Both the position numbers and the translations under genes were made by a program. The notes under the pieces are model-generated. The model saw only the letters and a program-made list of their open reading frames with translations, had not been told where the DNA came from and ran no database searches. From contig OZ024742.1 of assembly GCA_964016885.1 (NCBI GenBank), positions 82,708,001-82,772,000 on the forward strand: a stretch of DNA of 64,000 bases. The letters run 5' to 3'. Numbering within the stretch: the first letter of the stretch is position 1; every line of letters begins with the position of its first letter. Below, in pieces: positions 24,779 through 36,779 of the stretch. This DNA is from Eledone cirrhosa. Lineage: Eukaryota.

Positions 24779-26544
24779 GCCTGGAGATCTTCAGGGTGGC
24801 AGATAACATCAGACAGTTGCTGGGCAGGAGTATGGGGTCCTGGGAGACAGAGTTGACATCAACTGGAGTATCCTTGGGAAGCGTGAAGATCAAGAGAGGT
24901 ATCTTCCAGGGAGATAGCCTGTCCCCTCTGTTGTTTGTCCTTGCCCTGATGCCCTTGACCATTATGCTGCGAAAAGTGAGAGCAGGATACAAGTTGGGAA
25001 GGGGAGAGCTTACCATCAATCACCTCCTCTTCATGGACGATCTTAAGCTCTTCGGGAAAAGTGAGAAGGAGTTGGATGTGCTTGTTGACACTGTCCGTAT
25101 TTTCAGCAGTGATATATGTATGCAGTTTGGTATTGGTAAATGTGGAGTCATTGTGATGAGGAGGGGTAGGTTGAGCAGAAGTAACGGGATCCAGATACCA
25201 ACAGGTGAGATGATAAAGGAAATTGACTCTGAGGAAGGATACAAGTATTTGGGCGTTCTGGAGGCTGACGGCATAAAGAACAAAAAAATGAAGGAATTGT
25301 TAAGAACTGAATACATTCGGAGAGTAAGGAGCGTATTGAAGTCACATCTGAACAGCAGAAATGCCATAAGCGCAGTAAATTCCCGAGCTGTGTCTATTAT
25401 TAGGTACAGTGCGGGAATTCTGAGATGGAATGTTGCTGAACAAAAAGAAATGGATAGGAAGACTAGGAAGCTATTGACTATCTACAACATGTTCCACAAG
25501 AGGAGTGATGTCGATAGACTCTACCTAAGGAGATCTGAGGGTGGAAGAGGTCTTATCAGCATAGAGGACTGTGTTCAGATGGAGAAAAACAACCTATACA
25601 AATACGTGACCTATAGTAAGGAGCCAATGCTCAGAGCTGTACTGAAGGAGGGGACAGTAGGCCAGGGGATATCCAAGGAGGAAATAACATCAAGGAGGAA
25701 GAGCAGCCTTAAGGGAAAATCCCTTCATAGTACCTTCTTTGAGAAAACTGAATTTAGAGATCCACAGACATGGAACTGGTTGAGAAGAGGAGACCTCAAA
25801 AAGGCTACAGAAGGAATGCTAATGGCTGCGCAGGAGCAGGCCCTCAAAACGAAGTGGTTGAAGCACCATATCTACAAGCAGGAGGCTAGCCCACTGTGCA
25901 GGATCTGTGGAGAGAGAGAGGAGACTGTGGCTCACATTGTGTCCGAGTGTAAACACCTAGCCCAGACCCACTATAAGGGCTGGAGACACGATGTGATGGG
26001 CAGGGTGATCCACTGGCACCTGTGCAAAGTAAACAATCTACCACATTCTGAGAAATGGTATGAGCATAGGCCAGAGGCGGTGATGGAGAACAGTCAGGTG
26101 AAGGTGCTGTGGGATTTTAGGATACAGACGGACAAAAAACTGGAACACAATAGACCTGACCTGGTGGTTGTGGACAAAGAAAAAAGATCGTGCCTGATTG
26201 TGGATGTGGCCTGCCCGTTCGACACGAGAGTGCAAGAGAAGGAGAGGGAGAAAATTAACCGATACCAGGACCTAAAGTGGGAGGTGAAAAGGATTTGGAA
26301 CTGCCATGAAGTCAAAGTGATCCCGATTGTCATAGGCACACTGGGGACTATCTCCAAAGGTTTCCAGGGATGGTTAAAGAAAATCGGCCCCTTCACGCTT
26401 TTTGGAACGCTTCAAAAGGCATGCTTGCTTGGAACGGCAAGAACCCTCCGATACGTCCTGAATATCTGAGGCTGCAGGTAGTGGCTTGATATTCAATCCA
26501 ACGGACTTTCCAGTTAAACAACATCAATGACAGAGATTCAAGGA
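24776..26544 (+). mobile_element. Family C, 5'-truncated young copy (open frame 24796-26469)
   Basis: Near-identical to 22951-24720; flanked on both sides by (TAA)n. Confidence 0.95.
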
Positions 26545-26555
26545 ATAACAATAAC

Positions 26556-26600
<45 letters not shown>

Positions 26601-26601
<1 letters not shown>

Positions 26602-29600
26602 TTTAGCATCGGCTAAAGTCACCACTCACTTATGTGGAGTGAAGATGAAAAAACGCATCGGCTAAAGTCACCACTCACTTATGTGGAGTGAAGATGAAAA
26701 AACAAAGGAATTCCCACAAGAAATCTACTTGGCAAGATAACATCAATCGCCAAATAAACCTTCTCCGATCTGACATAGAAATTTTAACAAACTATAAAGT
26801 AGGTGAACATGTTAAACAAACTAAACTTAGAAAATTGAAAAAAAAGTACAGTATAAGATCAACATGTGACATAGACATGCTGATAGAAACAATCAAGCAA
26901 AAAGTGTCGGCCAAAGCTGCTCGTATAAGGCGCTTTGAAAAACGATCTAGATTCTATAAGGACAATAATATGTTCAAAAACAACCAAAGAAACTTCTACA
27001 GAAAAATTGGTAAGTCAACAATAACTGCTAAATCAATACCACCCAAGGAGGAAGTGCAAGAATTCTGGGAAAAGATCTGGGCCGAAGAAAAAGTTCATAA
27101 CATACATGCCCCATGGATAGACAGACAAATGAAAGAAACAGCTCACCTTGAAGAACAAACATGGGAAAATATAAGAGTTGAACAGCTGCGCTTGGCTCTA
27201 AGAAAAACCAGCAAATGGAAATCCCCAGGAAAAGACAAAATACAAAACTTTTGTATAAATGCCTTCACAGAGTCTCATGAGCTGTTAGCCCAACTTTACA
27301 ATGAAATAGTTAACGAGCCAGAAAAGATACCATCATGGCTAGTTAACGGCATTACATTCCTGCTACCGAAGAATGATGAGACAAACAATCCCAAAAATTA
27401 CAGACCGATAACCTGCTTGACCACAATGTATAACATTTTAACATCAGTCCTAACTGAATACACATATGACCACCTGATAACAAATGACCTATTTCCCATT
27501 GAGCAGAAAGGGTGTAAACGAGGCTCATATGGCTGTAAGGATCAGCTTCTGGTTAACAAAATGATACTGGAAGATTGTCATAATAGACACAAAAATCTAT
27601 CGATTGCTTGGATAGATTATAAAAAAGCATTTGATAGTTTGCCACACAGTTGGATTGAAAAATGTTTAGAGATTTTCAAAATATCCCCCGTTGTCAGGAG
27701 GTTTTTGTCATTCAGTATGAGGACATGGAGAACGACACTCCTTTTGAATAGTGAAACAAAATCACTGGAAGCTGGAGAAGTTAACATTAATTGTGAAATT
27801 TTTCAGGGTGACTCTTTATCACCGCTTTTATTCTGCATCGCACTTATACCATTAAGTAAAATGCTCAATGAAACAAAACATGGATATAGAGTCTATGACA
27901 AAACCATTAATCACCTGTTCTACATGGATGACCTGAAACTATTTGCAAAAAATGATGAACAATTGCAAGGGCTATTATCCACTGTGAAGCAGTTCAGTGA
28001 TGACATTAAAATGGAGTTTGGACTGGATACATGCGCCAAAGCAACGTTCACCAGAGGAAAGCTGCTGAAGAGTTCAGACATTAATCTTGATCGGAGGAAC
28101 GTTATAAGAGAGCTTGATCAAGAACAAACTTACAAATATCTAGGTGCTTGTGAAGGAGACGGAATCAAGCACTCGACAATGAGGGAAAGGATAAGGAAGG
28201 AATGTTACCGAAGCGTAAGAGCAATCTTAAGAACGGAATTGAATGCAAGGAATAGGATCGATGCCATAAACACGCTTGCCCTACCAGTAGTAACCTACAG
28301 TTACAATGTCATCAACTGGTCAAGCACAGAGATCCGTAGGCTCGATACAAAAATCCGAAAATTCTTAACCATGCACAGAATGCATCACCCTAAGGCAGAC
28401 ATAGATAGAATATATCTCCCTAGGAAAGAAGGAGGACGTGGGTTAATCCAGTTAGACATTGCGTTGAAAACTGCAACAATTGGATTATCCACATATCTAA
28501 GGGAATCACATGATTGGATGATCAAACTCGTTTTGAAACACGAAAGCACCAAAAGATCATATTCCATTACAAAAGATGCACAAAGATACAGTAATGGACT
28601 ACAAATTTCAGAAGTCCCATTTACTGCTGAAATGGAAAACACAGAAAAAGCAAAGCAGGTAAAAGTAACTGCAAAGAAAGAACTGCTACAGAAACTGGCT
28701 AAGAAATGGCAAGAAAAGCCTCTGTATGGAAAATACCCAGAGCGAGCTAACAATCCTGATGTTGACAAAACTTTAACCCATCAGTGGTTGGCATTCTCTG
28801 GACTGAAATCGGAGACTGAAGGACTGATTATATCCGCACAAGATCAGTGTCTGCCAACAAAAAATTACCAAGCCAACATAATAATAAATGGGTGCAGCCC
28901 ATCATGCCGTGTATGCAAAAAACAACCAGAGACCATTGACCATATAATTTCAATGTGCAGTCCTATAGCTCCAACCGAATACCTAAACAGGCATGACAGA
29001 GCTGCACAATACATACATTGGATAATGTGTAAGCATTTTGACCTGCCCCATCAAAAGAATTGGTGGGAGCATCAACCACCTCCCATACTTGAAAAAGATC
29101 ACATCTCAATCTTGTGGAACTTTAGCATCCAAACAGACCGAAAAATAGATGCAAATAGACCTGATATAATATTGAAGGACTTTCAAAGGAGGGTATGCCT
29201 GCTAATTGATATGTCTGTTCCAATAGACAAGAATGTATCTATAAAAACATTTGAAAAATTGAGCAAGTATAAGGAGCTGGAGATAGAAATTGGAAAAATG
29301 AGGAAATTGAGAACTAAAACAATACCAGTGGTTGTAGGCGCTCTGGGAATGATACCTAAGGGGTCTAACGACTACTTATCGCAAATCCCAGGAATCCCGC
29401 GTATAGGAGAAATACAAAAGATAGTACTAATGGGAACTGCCCATATACTAAGGAAGATCCTGACAATATAAGTACATCACAAGTCTAAACACTAAGGATG
29501 CATGTGTGAATATGTGTGTTCTTTCTTGAACATGGCGGACCTTGTTGTCTCTTGAGGTCACTGGTTGTGACTTCGTGATAACTCGTATAAACATAAAGCA

Positions 29601-29612
29601 AGATAAATGCAA
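26601..29612 (+). mobile_element. Family B, 5'-truncated copy
   Basis: Near-identical 3' half to 16773-20153; (TAA)n on both sides; 49-bp duplication at the 5' junction. Confidence 0.95.
26688..29471 (+). CDS. Family B RT-CCHC-RLE polyprotein, uninterrupted 927 aa (N-terminus missing)
   Basis: Continuous ORF with YMDD, CCHC and PD-(D/E)xK motifs; GIFQGD reads EIFQGD here. Confidence 0.8.
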   Translation: MKMKKQRNSHKKSTWQDNINRQINLLRSDIEILTNYKVGEHVKQTKLRKLKKKYSIRSTCDIDMLIETIKQKVSAKAARIRRFEKRSRFYKDNNMFKNNQRNFYRKIGKSTITAKSIPPKEEVQEFWEKIWAEEKVHNIHAPWIDRQMKETAHLEEQTWENIRVEQLRLALRKTSKWKSPGKDKIQNFCINAFTESHELLAQLYNEIVNEPEKIPSWLVNGITFLLPKNDETNNPKNYRPITCLTTMYNILTSVLTEYTYDHLITNDLFPIEQKGCKRGSYGCKDQLLVNKMILEDCHNRHKNLSIAWIDYKKAFDSLPHSWIEKCLEIFKISPVVRRFLSFSMRTWRTTLLLNSETKSLEAGEVNINCEIFQGDSLSPLLFCIALIPLSKMLNETKHGYRVYDKTINHLFYMDDLKLFAKNDEQLQGLLSTVKQFSDDIKMEFGLDTCAKATFTRGKLLKSSDINLDRRNVIRELDQEQTYKYLGACEGDGIKHSTMRERIRKECYRSVRAILRTELNARNRIDAINTLALPVVTYSYNVINWSSTEIRRLDTKIRKFLTMHRMHHPKADIDRIYLPRKEGGRGLIQLDIALKTATIGLSTYLRESHDWMIKLVLKHESTKRSYSITKDAQRYSNGLQISEVPFTAEMENTEKAKQVKVTAKKELLQKLAKKWQEKPLYGKYPERANNPDVDKTLTHQWLAFSGLKSETEGLIISAQDQCLPTKNYQANIIINGCSPSCRVCKKQPETIDHIISMCSPIAPTEYLNRHDRAAQYIHWIMCKHFDLPHQKNWWEHQPPPILEKDHISILWNFSIQTDRKIDANRPDIILKDFQRRVCLLIDMSVPIDKNVSIKTFEKLSKYKELEIEIGKMRKLRTKTIPVVVGALGMIPKGSNDYLSQIPGIPRIGEIQKIVLMGTAHILRKILTI

Positions 29613-29632
29613 ATAATAATAATAATAAAAAT

Positions 29633-31908
29633 TTGGGACATGCCAGAAAACTAACCAACTGGAAATCACCAGGCCCAGATGGTGTGCAGGGGTATTGGAT
29701 TAAAAATATAACATCCCTCCACCCGAAACTGACAACCATGTTCAATGACTGCTTGATGTCAGGTGAGGTACCAGAGTGGTTGACAAAAGGTACCACAGTT
29801 CTGATAATGAAAGACCGAATCAAGGGTAATGATTTTACCAACTATAGACCTATCACATGTCTGTCCGTAATGTGGAAACTGTTGACGAGCATTGTGTCTG
29901 AGGAAATCTACAATCACCTCCACACAAACAACTTGTAACCGGACGAACAGAAAGGATGCCGAAAGAAGTCACGTGGTACAAAGGACCAGTTACTTATTGA
30001 TAAGATGGTAATGGGGAATTGCAGCAGGAGACACACTGATCTTGCCATGGGATGGATAGACTACAGAAAGGCATTTGACATGGTGCCTCATTCTTGGATA
30101 ACCAAAAGCCTGGAGATCTTCAAGGTGGCAGATAACATCAGACAGTTGCTGGGCAGGAGTATGAGGTCCTGGGAAACAGAGTTGACATCAACTGGAGAAT
30201 CCTTGGGAAGCGTGAAGATCAAGAGTGGTATCTTCCAGGGAGATAGCCTGTCCCCTCTGTTGTTTGTCCTTGCCCTGATGCCCCTGACCATTATGCTGCG
30301 AAAAGTGAGAGCAGGATACATGTTGAGAAAGGGAGGGCTTACCATCAATCACCACCTCTTCATGGACGATCTTAAGCTCTTCGGGAAGAGTGAGGAGTTG
30401 GATGTGCTTGTTGACACTGTCCGTATTTTCAGCAATGATATATGTACGCAATTTGGTATTAGTAAGTGTGGGGTCCTTGTGATTAAGAGGGGTAGAGTGA
30501 GCAGAAGTAACGGAATCCTGGTACCAACAGGTGAGATGATAAAGGAGGATGATAAAGATGATTCAGGACTCTGAAGAAGGATACAAGTATTTGGGTGTTC
30601 TGGAGGCTGATGACATCAAGAACAAAAAAATGAAGGAATTGATAAGAACTGAATACATTCGGAGAATAAGGAGCGTATTAAAGTCACATCTGAACAGTAG
30701 GAATGCCATAAGTGCAGTAAATTCCTGAGCTGTGTCTATTATTAGGTACATTGCGGGAATTCTGAGATGGAATGTTGCTGAACAAAAAGAAATGGATAGG
30801 AAGACTAGGAAGCTATTGACTATCTACAACATGTTCCACAACAGGAGTGATGTCGATAGACTCTACTTAAGGAGATCTGAAGGTGGAAGAGATCTTATCA
30901 GCATAGAGGACTGTGTTCAGATGGAGAAAAACAACCTACACAAATACGTGACTGATAGTAAGGAGCCAATTCTCAGAACTGTACTGAAGGAGGGGACAAT
31001 AGACCGGGGGATGTCCAAGGAGGAAATAACATCAAGGAGAAAGATCAGCCTTCAGGAAATATTCCTTCATAGTACCTTCTTTGAGAAAACTGAATTCAGA
31101 GACCCACAGACATGGAACTGGTTGAAAAGAGGAGACCTTAAAAAGGCTACAGAAGGAATGTTAATGTCTACGCAGGAGCAGGCCCTCAAAACGAAGTGGT
31201 TGAAACACCATATTTACAAGGAGTAGGCTAGCCCAATGTGCAGGATCTGTGGAGAGAGAGAGGAGACTGTGGATCACATTGTATCCGGTTGTAAACACCT
31301 AGCCCAGACTCACTATAAGGGCAGGAGACATGATGTGATGGGCAGGGTGATCCACTGGCACCTATGCAATGTAAACAATTTACCACATTCTGAGAAGTGG
31401 TATGAGCATAAACCAGAATCGGTGATAGAAAACGATCAGGTGAAGGTGTTGTGGGATTTTAGGATACAGACGGACAAGAAACTGGAACACAATAGACCTG
31501 ACCTGGTGGTTGTTGACAAAGAAAAAGATCGTGCCTGATTGTGGATGTGGCCTGCCCATTCGACACGCGAGTGCAAGAGAAGGAGAGGGAGAACATTTAC
31601 CGATACAAGGACTTAAAGTAGGAGATAAAAAGGATTTGGAACTGCCATGAAGTAAAAGTGGTACAAAGGACCAGTTACTTATTGATTAGATTGTCATAGG
31701 CGCACTAGGTACTATCTCAAAAAATTTCCAGGGATGGTTAAAGAAAATTGGCCCCTTCACACTGTTTGGAACGCTTCAAAAGGCATCCTTGCTGGGAACC
31801 GCAAGAACCCTCCGATACGTCCTGAATATCTGAGGAGCAGGTAGTGGCTTAATATTCATTTCAACAAACTTTCCAGTTAACTAACATCAATGACTGAGAC
31901 TCAAAGAA
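29633..31908 (+). mobile_element. Family C, 5'-truncated degraded copy
   Basis: Colinear with 22485-24720, several stops and frameshifts; (TAA)n tail to 31933. Confidence 0.93.
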
Positions 31909-31933
31909 TAATAATAATAATAATAATAATAAT

Positions 31934-32330
31934 GCTTTTTGTGCAGATTAACATATTAATTATATGTGACATTTGTGATAAAATGTCGCTTGGAGCGAAA
32001 AATATTGAAGATGCCAGCAAAGACTAAGCTTAAACTTAAGCATATCAATGCAAAACAGTAAAATATAAAATAATAGAAATAGTAAAAGAATACCAGATAT
32101 ATTAAACGTATTGTTTGTGAACACAATAAAATGTGAAAGTTCATGAAAGATAGATAGAAGACATTAAACTGCTATATTATTATTCGTGTTATCTTGCCTG
32201 AAAATATATATATGCATACGAATCCTCAGAAATTGAACAGCTTACATTATACGTATATACTTACTTACTTTATATATACACACAGATACATGCTAATTTT
32301 GTCTGGATGCACAAAGATATATATATATAT
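31934..32330 (+). repeat. ~400-bp non-coding segment duplicated in inverted orientation at ~51690-52078
   Basis: Shared sequence on opposite strands; the incidental ORFs MNFHILLCSQTIRLI and MPENIYMHTNPQKLNSL occur at both places. Confidence 0.9.
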
Positions 32331-32341
32331 ATATATATATA

Positions 32342-32487
32342 TAAGAACAAGTATGACCCCGACGGCAGAGCACTAGCTGTTCGACGGCTATTTCTGTAGT
32401 CCAGAAATACCCGTAGAAACGGCTTGAGTTCTGCCGTCGGGGTCATACTTGTTCCTATTACCCACTCTACTACCCTAAGTATTGACA
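32342..32487. mobile_element. (TA)n-associated short element with long terminal hairpin
   Basis: Perfect 25-bp arms 32345-32369 / 32430-32454 plus an inner stem; family motif cctattacccactctactacc..aagtattga also at ~47225 and ~49420 (rc). Confidence 0.7.
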
Positions 32488-32557
32488 ACACACACAAAAA
32501 CAAGATGGAGTAGGATAGAACAAAGGAAAGGCACAAACACAAAGAAAAGAATCCCCA

Positions 32558-32600
32558 GTCACTGAAGAGGTCACAGAATGTGTGACGAAAGAAATTTGAC
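32558..32600 (+). ncRNA. Candidate minimal hammerhead ribozyme
   Basis: gtca CTGAAGA g gtcaca gaatg tgtgac GAAA gaaa TT tgac. Confidence 0.55.
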
Positions 32601-32755
32601 AATATATGAACAACCGTTCAGTTGTGGAACCAACCAACCAACCAACCGGGAATTTATAAATTCTTAAATTTATAAATTTAATTTATAATAAATTGGAGTG
32701 AAAGCAACTGGTGCGTGTGTTTTTTATTGGCAACATGACCCTCCCAATATATACA

Positions 32756-32757
<2 letters not shown>

Positions 32758-32786
<29 letters not shown>

Positions 32787-32898
32787 AAGAAGAAGAAGAA
32801 GAAGAAGAAGAAGAAGAAGAAGAAGAAGAAGAAGAAGAAGAAGAAGAAGAAGAAGAAGAAGAAGAAGAAGAAGAAGAAGAAGAAGAAGAAGAAGAAGA
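32758..32898. repeat. (GAA)n microsatellite
   Basis: Pure tract; second (GAA)n tract at 36408-36499. Confidence 0.97.
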
Positions 32899-32899
32899 A

Positions 32900-33125
32900 T
32901 ACCGGGTACTTTTTGACAAGGAAAAAAGATCGTCCCTGATTGTAGATGTAGCCTGCCCATTTGACACGAGAGTGCAAGAAAATGAGCGGGAGAAAATTAA
33001 CCGATACCAGGATTTAAAGTGGGAGTTAAACAGGATTTCGAATTGCCATGAAATCAAGGTTGTCCAGATTTTCATAGGCGCACTAGGTACTATCTCAATG
33101 AGTTTCCAATGATGGTTAAAGAAGA
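32900..33125 (+). mobile_element. Diverged family C 3' (RLE) fragment
   Basis: Encodes DKEKRSSLIVDVACPFDTRVQENEREKINRYQDLKWE. Confidence 0.85.
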
Positions 33126-33130
33126 TTACT

Positions 33131-35102
33131 CCGCATATGCTGACATGGATCTTCTGCATCCTAGTTCGCGCGAGACCCCCCCACCACCCTCAACGTCTCC
33201 AGTTTGTGCAGTAATGGTTCGAGAGTCAATAAGTATAAGAGGGACGAGAGCGGACATCCTTGGCGGACCGACTGCATGATGTTGAACAGTTCCGAAAGGT
33301 GACCGTTCACTCTCACCACAGAGCAGATGTCGTTGTGCATGGCAGCGATCCAGCCCCTGAAGACGGGCCGAAAGCCAGCTGCCCTCAGGACTGCCGCTAG
33401 GTAACGGTGGTCGACCCTATCGAAACTTTCGACTGATCTAAATTGATCAGGGACCCACCCGTGTCAGGTTCCCTAGCTACCTTATCTACGATGTATCGCA
33501 TGAGGTGGAGGTTGTCGTGGGTGGATCTGTCGGGAATGGCGCACGTCTGCGCTTCTCCCACAAGACCACCAACGACAAGCGCCAACCTCTTTGCTAGCAC
33601 CTTGGCCAAAATCTTGAACTCTGTGTTTAGCAGACTTATGGGTCTAAAATTATCTATGTTATCTCCCTTGTTCGGATCCTTTCTCAGTAGCGCCACAGCT
33701 CCTCGGCTCACAGAGCTGGGAATTCTCCCGTTCTGTTGCCTTTTGCAGTAATACAAGTCCGCCAAGAGGCCTCCGAACAAGTCTGGCGTTGTACGTAAAG
33801 TTCATAGGGCAGACGATCCAAACCAGGCGATTTACCCCTTGTGCAGCCAGTCATTGCGTCCCGTGCTTCAGCGGCTGTTATCGGCTTTTGGCAACACTCC
33901 GCTTCAGTGGCCGAGAGCCGCGGCAGTCCGGCGAGGTAGACACTAAAGTCCATCCCTCCATCCAGCCATCCACTGCCCCCGAACAGCTGTGCGAAGTGTC
34001 GCTGAAAAGCTTCACACATTTGCCCGGGATCGAGTAGCATGCGCCCGTCGAATCCACCAAAGACCGGATCGTGGCTTTGTTGCCAGGACGCCCCTCCGCC
34101 ACTCGAGCCCATTGAGCGGCTTTCGTCCTCTCGTGTCTGAGAGCACGCACCCTAGCTCTGAAAACGCAGCCTTCGTGCTTTGCATTGAAGAATTGGTCAA
34201 GGGCCAATTTCGCCGCAAGTACGTTGGTCGCGATGCCTTTGCTAAGCGCCTCGTCTATTTTCTAACTAATTTTCCCTCTGCTCTATTTTTCTCTATTGCT
34301 AAAGCCTTACTAAACCTAATGGACACTAATCTAATTGCTCTTTTCAGAGCAAACCACCAATTGTTGTTGACGATGGCCCCCGTCAAAACCGCTTAACTAG
34401 TTCGCTAATCCGGTTTCTGTAGGCCTTGCGCGCTGGTAAGGACGCGTTTAGCTTCCAGTAGCCGGGTCCTCGTCTATGAAGCCTAGCTAAGTGAAGCACA
34501 CAGATCATGAATTTGTGGTCCGTGTAACTGACTATCTTAAATTGGGGACAGTCTATGCTAGACCTATCTATTTCCCTACAAAATACTTTATCTAGATATG
34601 ATCTGGATGACCCTAGCTATTTGACCAAGTCCAGATTGGCACATTCGGGAAATCCAATCGGTACCTGTCAGACAGTTCAAAACGCCTGAGCAGGTTGGTG
34701 AGGCTTTTGCACCCTCCTTACCTATCCGCTAATCCCACACAGTCCCAGTGTGCATCTAAGATCCCGTTCCAGTCGCCCACTAACGCTAAAGAGCGGGACG
34801 TTCCAAGAAAAGTCTCCAGACGCCGGAAGAAATCAGGCCGACCTGCCCCTGTCGGAGCATAGACGGCCACTAGACTGAAAGCTTGCCCGTCTCCGCTGGT
34901 CACGTCCAGTACCACCAACTTACCTTCTGGGTCCAGGAAGATGGCCCGTATGGCGAGATCCAAACCTCTCCGAAAAAGCACAGCAACTCCTCTCCCCGAT
35001 CCCGGACGGCTGGGAGATGCGTACACATCGTAGCCGCCGAAGATCGGTGCGAAGGCCCGTGATTCGGAGATTCTGGTCTCGCTGATGGCCACAACATCTA
35101 TG
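33131..35102 (-). mobile_element. Tx1 ORF2 internal fragment (APE to RT)
   Basis: IDVVAISET...VGDWNG...KSPGLD...NFRPISLLN...LDQSK; both ends fused to family C sequence. Confidence 0.92.
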
Positions 35103-35518
35103 GACAAAAAACTGGAACACAATAGACCTGACCTGGTGGTTGTGGACAAAGAAAAAAGATCGTGCCTGATTGTGGATGTGGCCTGCCCGTTCGACACGAG
35201 AGTGCAAGAGAAGGAGAGGGAGAAAATTAACCGATACCAGGACCTAAAGTGGGAGGTGAAAAGGATTTGGAACTGCCATGAAGTCAAAGTGATCCCGATT
35301 GTCATAGGCGCACTGGGGACTATCTCCAAAAGTTTCCAGGGATGGTTAAAGAAAATCGGCCCCTTCACGCTTTTTGGAACGCTTCAAAAGGCATGCTTGC
35401 TTGGAACAGCAAGAACCCTCCGATACGTCCTGAATATCTGAGGCTGCAGGTAGTGGCTTGATATTCAATCCAACGGACTTTCCAGTTAACCAACATCAAT
35501 GACTGAGATTCAAGGAAT
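35102..35518 (+). mobile_element. Family C 3' fragment with (TAA)n tail
   Basis: DKKLEHNRPDLVVVD...LRYVLNI* plus the 3' UTR. Confidence 0.93.
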
Positions 35519-35527
35519 AACAATAAC

Positions 35528-35567
<40 letters not shown>

Positions 35568-36352
35568 TATATCAGCACAAGATCAGTGTCTGCCAACAAA
35601 AAATTACCAACCCAACATAATAAAAAATGGATGCAGCCCATTATGCCGTGTATGCAAAAAACAACCAGAGACCATTGACCATATAATTTCAATGTGCAGT
35701 CCTATAGCTCCAACCGAATACCTAAACAGGCATGACAGAGCTGCACAATACATACATTGGATAATGTGTAAGCATTTTGACCTGCCCCATCAAAAGAATT
35801 GGTGGGAGCATCAACCACCTCCCATACTTGAAAAAGATCACATCTCAATCTTGTGGAACTTTAGCATCCAAACAGACCGAAAAATAGATGCAAATAGACC
35901 TGATATAATATTGAAGGACTTTAAAAAGATGGTATGCCTGCTAATTGATATGTCTGTTCCAATAGACAAGAATGTATCTATAAAAACATTTGAAAAATTG
36001 AGCAAGTATAAGGACCTGGTGATAGAAATTGGAAAAATGTGGAAATTGAGAACTAAAACAATACCAGTGGTTGTAGGCGCTCTGGGAATGATACCTAAGG
36101 GGTCTAATGATTACTTATCGCAAATCCCAGGAAACCCGCGTATAGGAGAAATACAATAGATAGTACTAATGGGAACTGCCCATATACTAAGGAAGATTCT
36201 GTCAATATAAGTACATCACAAGTCTAAACACTAAAGATGCATGTGTGAGTATGTAAGTTCTTTCTTGAACATGGCGGACCTTGTTGTCTCTTGAGGTCAC
36301 TGGTTGTGACTTGGTGATATCTCGTATGAACATAAAGCAAGATAAATGCAAC
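35568..36352 (+). mobile_element. Family B 3' fragment with (TAA)n tail
   Basis: SAQDQCLPTKNY...RHD...RPDIILKD; 3' UTR gtacatcacaagtctaaacac. Confidence 0.93.
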
Positions 36353-36353
36353 T

Positions 36354-36409
<56 letters not shown>

Positions 36410-36779
36410 AAGAAGAAGAAGAAGAAGAAGAAGAAGAAGAAGAAGAAGAAGAAGAAGAAGAAGAAGAAGAAGAAGAAGAAGAAGAAGAAGAAGAAGAAGG
36501 GACAGGGATAGGTGTGGCAGTAATACCAGGGCTATGGTAAGGAGGGGAAGACGGAGAATGGGTGGGTGAAGCTCAAGGGGACAACGGGGAGGTGTAGTAG
36601 TAATAGTATCACTGTTAATGGTAAAGGGAGCTATCCGTGGGATCGGCTTAAATGATTGAGGGACCTCAGATTTGACTGAGGAAGTAGTTCTTCCTAAAAA
36701 TATCTATATTTGTATTTCTGTCTGTAATGCTTAACAATTTACCTGACGTGTGAATGTTTCTACGAGATCTTCCAAGGTG

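Noticed and set aside
34718-35441. Fusion ORFs spanning the Tx1/Dong junction as a novel protein
   Set aside because: In each fusion ORF one half is read antisense; incidental product of the junction.
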